From NCBI GenBank assembly GCA_010093705.1, contig MU006096.1, positions 1,262,004 through 1,326,003 of the forward strand: a stretch of DNA of 64,000 nucleotides, read 5' to 3'. This DNA comes from Patellaria atrata CBS 101060 (taxonomy: Eukaryota). Below are positions 1-11,214 of this stretch, one piece after another; positions within the stretch are counted from its first letter, which is position 1, and each line of letters starts with the position of its first letter. Both the position numbers and the translations under genes were made by a program. The notes below the pieces were generated by a model, which was not told where the DNA came from, did no database searches, and saw only the letters and a list, made by a program, of their open reading frames with translations.

Positions 1-818
1 ACGACAAGCTCGCATAGCGTAGTCAATCTGAAGTTCACTAGGATTTCCCTAGGATTTGTTGTGGGGAAGAATGGTACGACTTCCTATGGGACAGATCCTG
101 CGAATCCCTGGGGCAAGATGCGCCATGCCTTTTGGCCGCGTTGCAAGGTGGAGGGTAGCATTATCACGCAAGCCGGAGACGTAGACATGACCGGGCGGGG
201 TTTCTTCGTTCATGCTCTGCAAGGCATGAAGCCACATCACGCAGGTAAGGATCTACTTATTATCGCATTGTCACTTCACCTCTGATTAGCTATCACTAGC
301 TGCTCGTTGGGATTTTGCGAATTTCCAGTCACCCAACTACTCCGCGTTCCAGATGTCTTTCACTACTCCACCCTCATACGGGTCGACCGTCGTCAATGTT
401 GGGGGTCTTGCAATCGATGACGAGATTGTATTTGCTGGGGCAAGAAATTCAGCAACGCACCTAAAAGTCAAGAGCGATGCGGACAACGATTGGCCTGAAC
501 CGACCGCAGCTAAATATGTCTGGGACGGGAAGACGAAAGATGGCAAGGACGTTCACCTCGAGCTTGCGGGCAACCTGGGCGAAAGAGTGGATCGGGTCGA
601 TGTCATGGCTGAAGTCCCTGGTTTCATCAAAGCCATCGTAGCAAGTGCTGCAGGTACCAAGCCCTACGTATATCAGGTATGTCAATTTAGAACACTTGAG
701 AGAACGGCATTAACCATCTTCACAGTTTGCTTCTAAGCTCACTCTATCTGTCAAAATTGGAGAAGAAGTGAAAGAAGAAGATGGTCTACTCTTCGCTGAG
801 GCTACCTTCATCTCTTAA
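1..818 (+). CDS. SVF1: Survival factor 1 (Svf1 family), 5'-partial; exons <1-244, 300-676, 726-818
   Basis: Open frame from base 1 (..[42 protein letters not shown]). GT-AG introns 245-299 and 677-725 join it to [39 protein letters not shown] and to ..FAEATFIS* (TAA 816-818). Motifs recognised as Svf1. Confidence 0.9.
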
Positions 819-1308
819 GTCCGTCAGTCTACGCTCACTACGCATGATCAAGTCATCGTATCACTCTGCAGGGCAGAGTAGATTCGATATCCTATAATAC
901 CTCTCATAGTTTGGACACGCAACTTCTGGCCGGCTGATGGGCTTGTTCCCTCTCTATGAATGCATGATAGAGATGTAAATAGTTACGATTGTGGGAGATG
1001 ATAGATCACAATTGACGTTTGGATACCTACAATTCTACGTCCGTACTCGTACCTATGCTCAACCTAAGTAGTCTTTGACGTATCACTTTCTGTGCCTCTC
1101 ACGTGCAACCGCGTTAAGTGAATATTTTAATATACAGGTTTTTATCTGCCGTGTCCGTTTACACAAGTAGTTTTAAAACCTCACCTCTTGCCTCTTTCCT
1201 CTCACCTTTCTCAATTCTCGTTTTGCTTCAACTTTAATTCCCCCGTACATCCAGCTGTAAGCCATATAGCTCAAAATCGTCGCTCCATCACGTGCCCACG
1301 CACCCCCC

Positions 1309-1344
1309 ACGCGTTCGAGCCCAAATCCTACCCCGCGCACGCGT
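1309..1344. promoter_or_regulatory. Two MluI cell-cycle-box-like (ACGCGT) motifs upstream of the H4 variant
   Basis: ACGCGT at 1309-1314 and 1339-1344, about 170-200 bp upstream of ATG 1513. They could fall in a 5'-UTR exon instead. Confidence 0.35.
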
Positions 1345-1512
1345 CCGCCGCACTCATCCGCTCCGAAAACGCACTTAGCGCAGCCTCGTAAGTCTACCTA
1401 AACAAAACATCTGCCATCGAATTTCTACCTCCCTTCATCCCATCTGTTCTTGCTCCTAGCAATTGTTTATCGTTTGTTTACCTTTGGTTTTCTGTTCTGA
1501 GGAGTAAGAATC

Positions 1513-2465
1513 ATGGCTAAATTGGCGGACCGCCAGTCTGTGGTTTCGCCGATGGGTCCGGGGATTGCGAGATACGGGCCCCGTGGCGCTGGGTTGGGGT
1601 CGGGGGGGAAGGGGAAGAAGGGGTTTAAACGGCATAGGTGAGTATATGATATATCTGGTTTGAGATGAATAAAGTTTTGATTGAGGGGGGAGATGTGGTG
1701 ATGGGGAGTGAGATGGGAATGTAGAAGCTGATCTGATGGATTCTAGGAAGATTCTGAGAGATACGATTGATGGCGTCACTCGTGGCAATATCAGGTGAGT
1801 CTACGTTGTGAAGGTTTGCATTTTTAGGTTTACTGATTGAGATGAATAGGCGTATGGCGAGGCGCGGTGGGGTTAAGCGTATCTCAGGAGCTATCTACTC
1901 TGATGTTCGCAGTGTGTTGAAAAGTCGTGAGTCGTTTCCTTGATATTGTAATTTTGGAACTGGATGTACTAACATTGAGGAGGTCTCGAGCTTGTATGAT
2001 ACACTAGGTCTGAACTGGGTATGGATGAGCTAAGTTGGAGTGTAGATTCTTAGGGACATCGTTACGGTTGTTGGTGAGTTGGATAAAAAAAACAATTGAA
2101 ACAGAAAAGCAGAATGTATTTCGAGCACCGGCTAATGATCGATGTTGCAGAACAGTACGGACGCCGAACCATCACTGTTGCGGATGTAAGTTACCTGTCC
2201 TTCCGCTTTGAAAGCGTGATATCTTTTACATATGCTAACTGGTTCTGCCAGGTTGTTTTTGCCCTTCGCCGTGTAAGTAACATGATCTGCAGTCTATTGG
2301 TCGATCCCCTAAGCTAATTCATTCCTCTACGAAAGCTTGGTCAAACCATATATGTGAGTTCGAATCGTGTGTATCCTTCGCTGCACTTGCTGATGATGGC
2401 AGGGTTTCGGAAATGCAACCACTGGTGCGGGTAACCGCTCCACTGAACGCCCACCGGGCCTCTGA
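1513..2465 (+). CDS. Divergent histone H4 variant (hH4v/H4E-like), 141 aa; exons 1513-1637, 1747-1794, 1850-1926, 1983-1993, 2046-2073, 2151-2185, 2252-2272, 2336-2353, 2403-2465
   Basis: Eight GT-AG introns give a 426-nt in-frame CDS: [141 protein letters not shown]. It aligns without gaps to canonical H4 residues 16-102. Possible additional 5'-UTR intron 1388-1459. Confidence 0.88.
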
Positions 2466-2867
2466 CCGCGCTTGCGAAAAAATTGATGTCTACATTAACA
2501 GTACCGTGGGCAAACTACATGTGTTGTTTCGAATCGACACTCTAAGCATATGTCATGAACGTCAGTCTTGTCTCAAGGCAGTTTTAAGCACGATGCTTGA
2601 TATGTTATCCTAGAGAGATACCCGGTGTTCAGGAGTCATGGATCCGTCATTGAAGTCTGATTGGGAAGGGTCAGACGGTGGCCGAACAGCTTTCGAATTT
2701 AATGTATAGATGAATTCTGGAATTTCTGCGCATCCCATGTTCATGTTCAGAGTTAAAACTAGTTCCGTAGCCACGAATTCACACAAGTCTAATTTCTATC
2801 ATAACGTCCCAAATCAAAAATCACTCTCACACTAACCGACCCCCCTCCTCCCTTTCTTCCCCACCCC

Positions 2868-3975
2868 TTAAACCTTCCCCCCAACGTCCCCAACATACTC
2901 ATACCCCCTATACCCCTCATGCTCCAGCGCCCTACTAACCCCCATCCTCCCCCTTGACGTCCTAAGCGGGCCCCTCGTCGCATCCACCAGCGGCCTCATC
3001 CACCGCTTCTCCGTTCCGTCCGAGGTAGCGGACTTGGTCACGATCGGCACCCGACACCCGCCCAGCAGCGTCGGCGACGAGTTCGCGTAGATGGTCTCCC
3101 AGCGCTGCGCCGGCACGTGGTAGATCTCGTGCCAGATGCTGATGTGCGGGTGCGAGGCGATGGTGCGGTTCCACCAGTCCCAGCCGGCGCGGTGGGTCGG
3201 GCCGTGGGCGAATTTATGGAGGCCTCTGTTGGGGGGGGGTTGGTTTAGTGCGATGATGGGGGATGAGGGGTGAATGGGAATAAGGTACTTACTCGGCGTT
3301 CTTGAAATAACAGACTTGCAGGATCTCGTTGCCGGTGGGTCGCTCGTTCGCGGTCCATTCTGTTATTCCGAGCATGCCGTACGTGTCGAATTCGTGTTCG
3401 AGCTCTTTGCTCATCCTGTTGAAGTAGGTGCCGATTTCTTGGACGCCAGGCCCAATGATGCCGAGGGGGCTGGATGGGTGGAGTGTGAGGTTAGTGTTTG
3501 GGTGTGGGATAGGGGTTTTTCAGGCGTAGAGAAAAAAGAGGTTATGCTATACGTACTGGTTGATACGTGTTCCGATCAATAGGACACAGATCTCCTCTCT
3601 CGAAGCCTGGGCGCCGAAATCACCGTTCTCGTCGGGCAGTTGAGCGGAGAATTTGGTGAGGATTACGTCTTTCATCATGGGATTGGATTTCCATCCAGCG
3701 GCTTGGAGGAAGGCGTCAGCGGTTCGATAGAAGAGGAGGAAACCTGCTGGGAGGAATGCTAGGCGGCCGAAGAGGAGATAGGCCAGGCCTTGGAAACAAG
3801 CTCCCAGCGCAAGCCATGACGAGATCGTAAGTTGATCGCGAAAGGTGTTTAGGTCGTTCACGCTGAAATTGAAAGGAGGGAGCCAGCCAGACTTGGTCCT
3901 GAACGATTCCCAGCGTTGAGTGTTGTGACGTTTGTCCTGGGGTGCTGAGGCTTGGAGGGGTTTGAAGGCACTCAT
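2868..3975 (-). CDS. DUF4188 / Af470-like putative monooxygenase; exons 3975-3557, 3469-3293, 3225-2868
   Basis: Spliced product MSAFKP..RDQLTISSWLALGACFQ..EICVLLIGTRIN-HPLGIIGPGVQEIG..VCYFKNAE-GLHKFAHGPTHRAGWDWWN..HPHISIWHEIYHVPAQRWETIYANSSPTLLG; introns 3556-3470 and 3292-3226 are GT-AG. Confidence 0.8.
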
Positions 3976-5047
3976 GTCTATTTCACGATCAATGGATGTT
4001 ATACTTTGTGGGACATGAGACAAACTGGTGGTTATTATCTCAGTTGAATATGTGTTGAGAAGACCAGTGCGTGTATGAGCATGGTGGGACAAATCTAATA
4101 TATATCCTTCTACTGGCAATCTGGTTACATCTAGTCTTAGAATCCAAACTAAATCCTTTCTTTAAGGGCGTAAGGAATTGGCTGGCTTGGAAGTTGGAAA
4201 GTTATGTGCAGTGTAGTACATGATTTTGATTAGGCGCCCAACTTCATGCTTGGAGATCTGCTGTACTGTACAGCCTTCACAGCTCATACGGCCGAGTACA
4301 AGGTAGCTGGAGGGATTCGGGACCGCTTCCACAGCTTCCGTGCCTCGGTATTGCATCCATGTTACATTCAGAGATTTAGTCATTTGGATGAAACTTTTCA
4401 TAGTCTCAAATCCATCACTTCGCAAGTATATCCTAAAACAAGGTCGTGATCTCATCGCTTGAACAGAATCAAGAGATATCTATGAGGTGATTGATGTTAG
4501 AACTAGCTCGCTTTTGATCCTTAGTTCCTTCATAGTTCTGCTTCTAGCATTAATTTGTCCTAGGAGGACTTTTCTCCCAACAAATTTAGGAAATCCTCCA
4601 TAAGATGCTATAGAATCCTTTGGAGCTTCAACTGCACACGTTGATGTGAGTATGTAAACTATGGTTTCAATTTTATCCTACCAGACTCCTTCTTTCTAAG
4701 TATACTGTTAGAACACGAGAACAACTGACGGAAGGTATTCTCAATTGTACAAGTAGAACTATCGCTCTATTACCTGGAAAGGGAGCCACAACCTACAAGC
4801 GAACAATACCCCGTATAAAAGGATCTTTTTTCATAAAGTCTACTGGAGGAAATCCTGATTTTGAAGACTCTTTCTTAACGCTCTTATGAATCTCGTATAA
4901 AGTTCAAACAGTCATTCTTTATCTTCCAAAATACAACGACGGAAATTGATCATCAATATGATTTTCAGCAGATTTACTTCGCTTGCATATATCCCCAAAA
5001 TCAACCCAAAGAGAGGAAATGTCCGTCCACCGAAGTCTTTCAGCTAG

Positions 5048-5670
5048 ATGGACTTGCCGACTGCGATCCGTCTCGAGGTCTTCCATCATCTTTTGGAAAG
5101 CATAGACACCGGTTTTTATTATACTGCCTACTCCTCGACTCCTCACAGGCCCTTGAAGGAAAACGAAAGGGATCACGGCATGCTTCTTGTCAATCATCAA
5201 CTAAGCACGGAATATCTTGAAGTAATATACTCGCACGCGAAAGTTCGTTTTTTACTTTACTTCAACCGCCGGATACCTCGAGCCTAATCTTTGGCAAATC
5301 CCTCCACTAGCCCTCTTAGCCCTTCGTCATTGTAAGCTCCTCATTGACTGGCACGGTCCGGAAGACGGGACAGAACGAAACATATGGCTCATAACTGGGC
5401 CCTCAAAGATATTTGATCGCGTGAAGGCGTTTTTGCTAGAGATGAAACATCTCGAACAGATCTACATTCTCTGGCATACTTATGACGCGCGCTACGGAAC
5501 GCCTGGATTACCTATTCTTAGAGATCCGAAGCCGATAAAGTAGGTGACGTTGCCTACAATTCGAAAGTTACTGGGAGCTTGCAAAGCATATTGCAAGAAC
5601 ATAACACGCCGAGGAAAATCACGTTGACAGTTGACACAGAACGCGTCACGATGTCGGGACATTCTTGACA
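5048..5670 (+). pseudogene. Probable frameshifted gene with F-box-like N-terminus
   Basis: Starts MDLPTAIRLEVFHHLL (F-box-like LP.EIR..I pattern). Protein-like reading continues in a shifted frame after about 5275 (YLEPNLWQIPPLALLALRHCKLLIDW..FDRVKAFLLEMKHLEQIYILWH) and again after about 5540. No clear introns explain the shifts. Confidence 0.4.
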
Positions 5671-6651
5671 CTGGAAGGATGCTCAACGTCTTGACTTCTC
5701 TGAATACTAAAAAGCACGTTAATTGAGTTGTTAAGGTAACAGCATCTATCTATACTCCTTCCTTCTAGGAGACTGTTTTAAGGATCGCATGCTCAGTGAA
5801 AATGCTGGTTGAAAGGGAAATAAATATCCATCATCCAATCATCAATCAATCGCATCGACAAAATCAACCAACTCTCCGCAGATATCTATCATCGATCGAC
5901 TCTAAAAAGAAAGGGCTAATAAATAAATAAATGCTAGAAGGATTTCAAAACCCAAATAAGATTGAAAAATAAAAACAGTTCCCCCCGCCGAAACGAAGGT
6001 ACTCTGTCTATATCGAACTTAGGTTGACAGTAAGGTAGCGGCACTACAGGTGGACGAGGCACTTGCTTACTCAGCTACATCCTCACCAGGTTCGATGAAA
6101 ATAAGATTGGTTGTTAGTGCCTATAACTTACAACTTTAGCTAGCACGTGGTTTCCGCGTTGGGTAGGTGCGCCCGATATCAGATGAGATATGTACCTCCC
6201 TTACGCAATTGATTTATTATAATGAACTAACTATATCTATCTATAGAACACGCCGACTACCTCGTTCAACCAATACCTCATGAAGTTCAAGACCACGGCA
6301 AATATCAAACAAGAATCAAAGCAATCCAGGAGAAGTTCAATGTTAATGATATATTTGTCTCAAACTAGATAGTGAAGCCCAGATATACATACACTTGTCA
6401 TAACAGTCGCTGAATAGCGGAACGCTTTTGGATAATTTTCATCAAGCGTGAATGAAGAGAAAGCATATTTTCAACAGATCATAATAAGAAGGAAACAGAT
6501 ATACAAATGATTCAGAAGAGATGGGGAACAAGCACTATGTCAAAACCAAACCAGGAGGCACAAACTATAATTAGGGATGGATATAAGGAAGAACACACAT
6601 GCGATCTAGAGGAAGTTATAAGACTTTAACTAATATAACCTAACAAAAACC

Positions 6652-7689
6652 ATGAACCATAATAACATCGCTCATGAGCCATATAGGGGTATCTTCCGAG
6701 ATTTCCAACAGGCTAAGAACGAAGCACCAATATTCCAACCGCGCTGGAAGCCCCCTCTTTCTCCCTTTGACGATACAACCTTTCCTTTTACCGCAGAGAG
6801 CTATAATAACTGTGTGAAACTCCTCTACAACGCAATGATCAACATCGAAAGGGTAGCCGAACACCCAGACGACAACGCACACAAACGCTGGACCAACCCC
6901 CGATTCTACGACAATAAAGACATCGAAGCCATGGCGCATGAACTGGTGAGTCTGACCATCCAGCTCCACAACACGGGCGCACAGGTTCCCGAACACATGG
7001 ACCGTACCAGCCCGACCTCCGCGTGCCGGTCCTGGGACTTCGGAACTAGACTCCAGAAGTTGGCGAAACTGCTGGAGCAGCGGAAACGGTCGTGCGAGGA
7101 GATTATGGCGAGGCAGAAACTGTGGAAGAATATCATCGACCCCGATGCCTGTGCGCAGACTGCGAGGTCGAATAAGAAGACCAATGCGGTCAAGGGGACG
7201 CAGCTGAAGTATTTCCGACAACTCGAGAGGGAAGGCCGGTTGCCGGGTGGTGCACCTATTCAGGTTTTGAGCCAAGGGCCTACTTTTGATGATCGGGAGA
7301 CACCTCGGAGTTTGGTTTCTGCACACGGGACGGATGTGTACCAGGTCGATATCTCCCATGACTTTGAACACCTTGCTCGGGGGCATTATCAGGTTCCTCA
7401 GCAGAAAATCGGGACAGTGAACGCACATAGTGTAGGTCAAGGATACGTTCTTCCTCCATCGGGCCAGAATCTACTCTTTAGTGAGAGATTCCGTGGAGCT
7501 CAAAGGCCGCTTCCATCCGATCAAACGGCCGTTCAGGATGGAACATTCTGGACTACGTTTCCAGATGTACATGGATCGATGCTGGCTGGCTCGAATTCAA
7601 CTATGTTAGAGGATGGTTCAGCTTTACTTGCGCCGGCTATGGGGAACTCTGATTTCAATGGATACCCCCAAACGTTCAAAGGATCCTAG
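6652..7689 (+). CDS. Hypothetical protein, 345 aa, single exon
   Basis: Long ATG-initiated ORF preceded by an A-rich context and a TATA-like TATAA; helical-looking core (..RLQKLAKLLEQRKRSCEEIM..IIDPDACAQTARSNKKTN..) and low-complexity C-terminus. No named family recognised. Confidence 0.7.
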   Translation: MNHNNIAHEPYRGIFRDFQQAKNEAPIFQPRWKPPLSPFDDTTFPFTAESYNNCVKLLYNAMINIERVAEHPDDNAHKRWTNPRFYDNKDIEAMAHELVSLTIQLHNTGAQVPEHMDRTSPTSACRSWDFGTRLQKLAKLLEQRKRSCEEIMARQKLWKNIIDPDACAQTARSNKKTNAVKGTQLKYFRQLEREGRLPGGAPIQVLSQGPTFDDRETPRSLVSAHGTDVYQVDISHDFEHLARGHYQVPQQKIGTVNAHSVGQGYVLPPSGQNLLFSERFRGAQRPLPSDQTAVQDGTFWTTFPDVHGSMLAGSNSTMLEDGSALLAPAMGNSDFNGYPQTFKGS

Positions 7690-8059
7690 AAGGATATGGT
7701 TATGATATTGAGAGAGTCTATCTATCGGAACTATAGGTCTTGAGTGTAGGAAAACTATAGTTAGGGAATATTGCCATGCTTATGAATGAAATAAATAGCA
7801 TTGAGGTCTGTGATTATTGTCACTGACATGTTTGTGGTCAGCTTTAGCGGAAAGAGGCGAGGGGCGGGGAGAAGTGCCAAGGAGGAGCATCTCCGCCCCA
7901 TGCTCACCTTATCGATAACCCACCTATCGTTACATCAGATTTCTAATCAGCGATGCCGCTCTCCCTTTCCTTTATGAATATTGAATTTACGCTTTGCTCG
8001 ATCTCCCATTGCACATATCCTTCGTGACGATAGTATTCCTGATCCACACACCCTCAAGA

Positions 8060-9141
8060 ATGTCTCCCTCTCTCGAAGAACCAACCCAAGTCGAGCTAAA
8101 CGCACCTCTCAAATCCGCACCCAAACTCGTCGCTCCCGAACCAGGTAACCTACCCCTCCCCTCCCCTATTTCCACTCCAAATGCCCCTAACATACACTCC
8201 CAGAACACTGTCCCGGCCCCGAATCTAACCAAGCTGGCAAATCCGACGCCTGCGCCGGCTGCCCCAACCAACAAATCTGCGCCACCGCACCCAAGGGTCC
8301 CGACCCAGACATCCCGCTCATAACCGCGCGTCTCTCAGGGGTAAAACACAAGATCCTCGTGCTCTCGGGAAAAGGCGGGGTGGGCAAATCGACGTTCTCG
8401 AGCATGCTCGCGCACGGGTTCGCCAGCTCGGGGGAGAAGATGGTCGGGCTCATGGACACGGACATCTGCGGGCCGAGCATACCCAAGATGATGGGCGTGG
8501 AGGAGGAGACGATCCATGTGTCAGCCGACGGGTGGAGTCCCGTGTGGGTGGCGGATAATCTGGGAGTGATGAGCGTGCAGTTCATGCTGCCGAATCGGGA
8601 CGATGCGGTTATCTGGCGTGGTCCGAAGAAGAATGGGTTGATTAAGACGTTTTTGAAGGATGTGGAGTGGGGTGAGCTGGACTTCTTGGTCGTGGATACG
8701 CCGCCTGGGACGTCGGATGAGCATCTTAGCGTCAATAGCTTTTTGAAGGAGGCAGGGGTTGATGGTGCGGTGTTGGTTACGACGCCGCAGGAGGTCAGCT
8801 TGCTGGATGTGCGGAAGGAGGTTGATTTTTGTAAGAAGGCGGGGATTAGGATACTGGGCGTTGTGGAAAATATGTCAGGCTTCGTGTGTCCGAAATGTAC
8901 GCACGAGAGTCAGATATTTAGGGCTACGACGGGCGGTGCGAGGAAGTTGGCGGATGAGTATGATGTTCCGTTTCTTGGAGCTGTGCCGCTGGATCCTAGG
9001 ATTGGCATGGCGTGTGATTATGGCGAGAGCTTTTTGGATAATTTTCCGGATAGTCCGGCGTGTAAGGCGTTAAAGGGGGTGGTGAGAAGAGTAGGTGAGG
9101 AGATAGGGTTGGGACGTCATGAGCTCTTGGGTGAGGACTGA
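8060..9141 (+). CDS. NBP35: Cytosolic Fe-S cluster assembly factor NBP35; exons 8060-8144, 8204-9141
   Basis: N-terminal Cys motif [26 protein letters not shown], deviant P-loop [31 protein letters not shown]; intron 8145-8203. Confidence 0.95.
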
Positions 9142-9710
9142 AGGATTGGTTTCTATGGCGAAACATTTCTGCATTTTCTTGGAGCGATGCATGGAATGGC
9201 GTTTGGGAACTTAAGAAAAATCGTTCCAATTACACATGTAACAGAGTTGGAGTGTGGGGCGCAAAGGGGTATTTAGGTTTATGATCTCTATATGAGTCCA
9301 TATAATGCAGAAGAATTTGACATCGTCTTCTATGTCCCAGCCTGCAATTTATGGCTCAATTAAAAGAAAAACCCCTAATCGGCGAATCTTCATATTGAGA
9401 TGCACTACTCTGCTGAGTACTCCTCTTAAACGTGGGTTCTCTCCATATCTGGACTATAGTTTCTTCTGAATAATCTTAGTGTCAAAAGAAATGACTAGAG
9501 AGTTTTTGGGAGAACAAGTTATCCGGAACGTATCCGCACCGTAATATGGCCACTACAGATTGTCATCTCAATTAGTTAGGATTTTGAAGATGTAAAGCAA
9601 ACAGATTCTGCTCTCGTGTTTTTTTAGAGCTTGACCTTGGAAATGTGCATACAAGTCTCAGCTATAACTTTGAACGGTCCGTATGATGAATGAGAATTGT
9701 GAGAAGTTTC

Positions 9711-10391
9711 TCATCCGGCAAAATGGGAGTCAACATGATGTGCGACGGCTGCTTCATCTCCTTGGAATGAGCACATGGGGCAAGTGACAGTATCTAAACC
9801 TTGGGTTTGAGCGACCGTGGGCTCCGGGTTACCACTTGCCGCTCTGGACTGGTCCTTATTCCTACGTTTTTTCTGTTTCGGAGCCTTGATGTACTCTACT
9901 AGGCTATGACTGGGCTCTGCAGGAGGATTGTAGGTGTGTTCCGATTCTCTAACATCCCCGTACTTCCAAACGGTCTCGTATCTCCTCGTAGGTAACTCTC
10001 GTTGAGTACTATGACCCAGGGCTTCTCCATTTCTTCCAAGAGAGTTAGCATCTCCCGAGCCATTCCTGGCCTCTTCCTCGCTCGCCATCCTCTGTACTCT
10101 GCCTACGCGGCCATCTTGCAATCGTACCTTTATACCTCTCGGATGGTTTCCGCTAGTGAGGACTTCAGCTATTGTTCCTTGGACCTGTCGTCCTGTTGGC
10201 TGGTCGACTTTGAGGACGATGGAGACGTGCGCGCCGGAGACGACTTGTTGGATTGTGGGTAGGATTTGAGGATAACCCGGACGGTTGAAGTAAGGTCTTC
10301 CTCCTCTTGGTGAGCCGCGATAGCCTCGATAACCCTGACCGCGTCCCCGAGTGAATGATACTGTCTCGTGGTTACGTCCAACATTCCTCAT
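9711..10391 (-). CDS. YwbE/DUF2196-family protein with RG-rich N-terminus and C-terminal zinc finger
   Basis: First ATG at 10391. Core VSIVLKVDQPTGRQVQGTIAEVLTSGNHPRGIKVRLQDGRVGRVQ matches the YwbE pattern; C-terminal CPMC..HVDSHF. Confidence 0.8.
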   Translation of the reverse strand: MRNVGRNHETVSFTRGRGQGYRGYRGSPRGGRPYFNRPGYPQILPTIQQVVSGAHVSIVLKVDQPTGRQVQGTIAEVLTSGNHPRGIKVRLQDGRVGRVQRMASEEEARNGSGDANSLGRNGEALGHSTQRELPTRRYETVWKYGDVRESEHTYNPPAEPSHSLVEYIKAPKQKKRRNKDQSRAASGNPEPTVAQTQGLDTVTCPMCSFQGDEAAVAHHVDSHFAG

Positions 10392-11214
10392 TGTGTCGGT
10401 CTTGCTATGGCTTGTATCCTCGAATTTTATGACAGTAAGAAGGGGGACTAAGTTAAAAGTAAGGTAATGACTCCTTAACCCCAAGGTAACTTTAAGGTAT
10501 TAAATCAGGGTCAAATCGTGTATGCCAAGGCCCTGTTTGTACTACAACAAACTCTCAATTAACCTCATTAAATCCTTAAATCTCAAAGTCAGCAGTTCTG
10601 AGGTCAAATGCCCTACTAACAAGAGTAAATGAAGCTATTACTTTTACTCTAATAGGTCCACGTCGAGGACTAGGGCTACAAGAGATATGAGGCACTGCAG
10701 GGGCATGCTGGGGTCACTTTGGTGGGCACTTTGGGGCGGGGATCTTTTACCGTGACAGATTCGAAAACATATAGTAAGTAGGGGATCGATCACTACTAAA
10801 ATCGCCATAGATACAAGGGCCAAGGAGGATCGAGTTGTCGACCAAAAAAATCTACAGATATGACTGAAGAGCGTTGAACTTCAATCCAATTCCCCTTTTA
10901 TATAAGAGCTGAGATTCAAAAGACAATCATGGCCCCCAAGTGTTGTTCAAGCAAGCCTGACTCTGGATGGCCGCGGAGGAGTTCAACTAGCCGTCAGTAA
11001 TACTACATGAGAGCAACGAAGAGCAAGGCTGAAGATGCCGCAGCCTCCTCATTGACCTCCCATCAGATACGCGGCTAGCTGCTCTCGCCTCCTCACTCTC
11101 TAGAAACTTGAATGTTTAATCTACAATAGCTATGCATAGCTACCTACGCCTTTTGTAATCTATCGATAGAGCACTCAATAGCTATGCCTTTCAGGCTCTC
11201 TCAGAGTTGTAGTG

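Noticed and set aside
1456..1788. Minus-strand 110-aa ORF and other short ORFs at 1188-2613
   Set aside because: Antisense or intron-spanning by-products of the spliced H4-variant gene.
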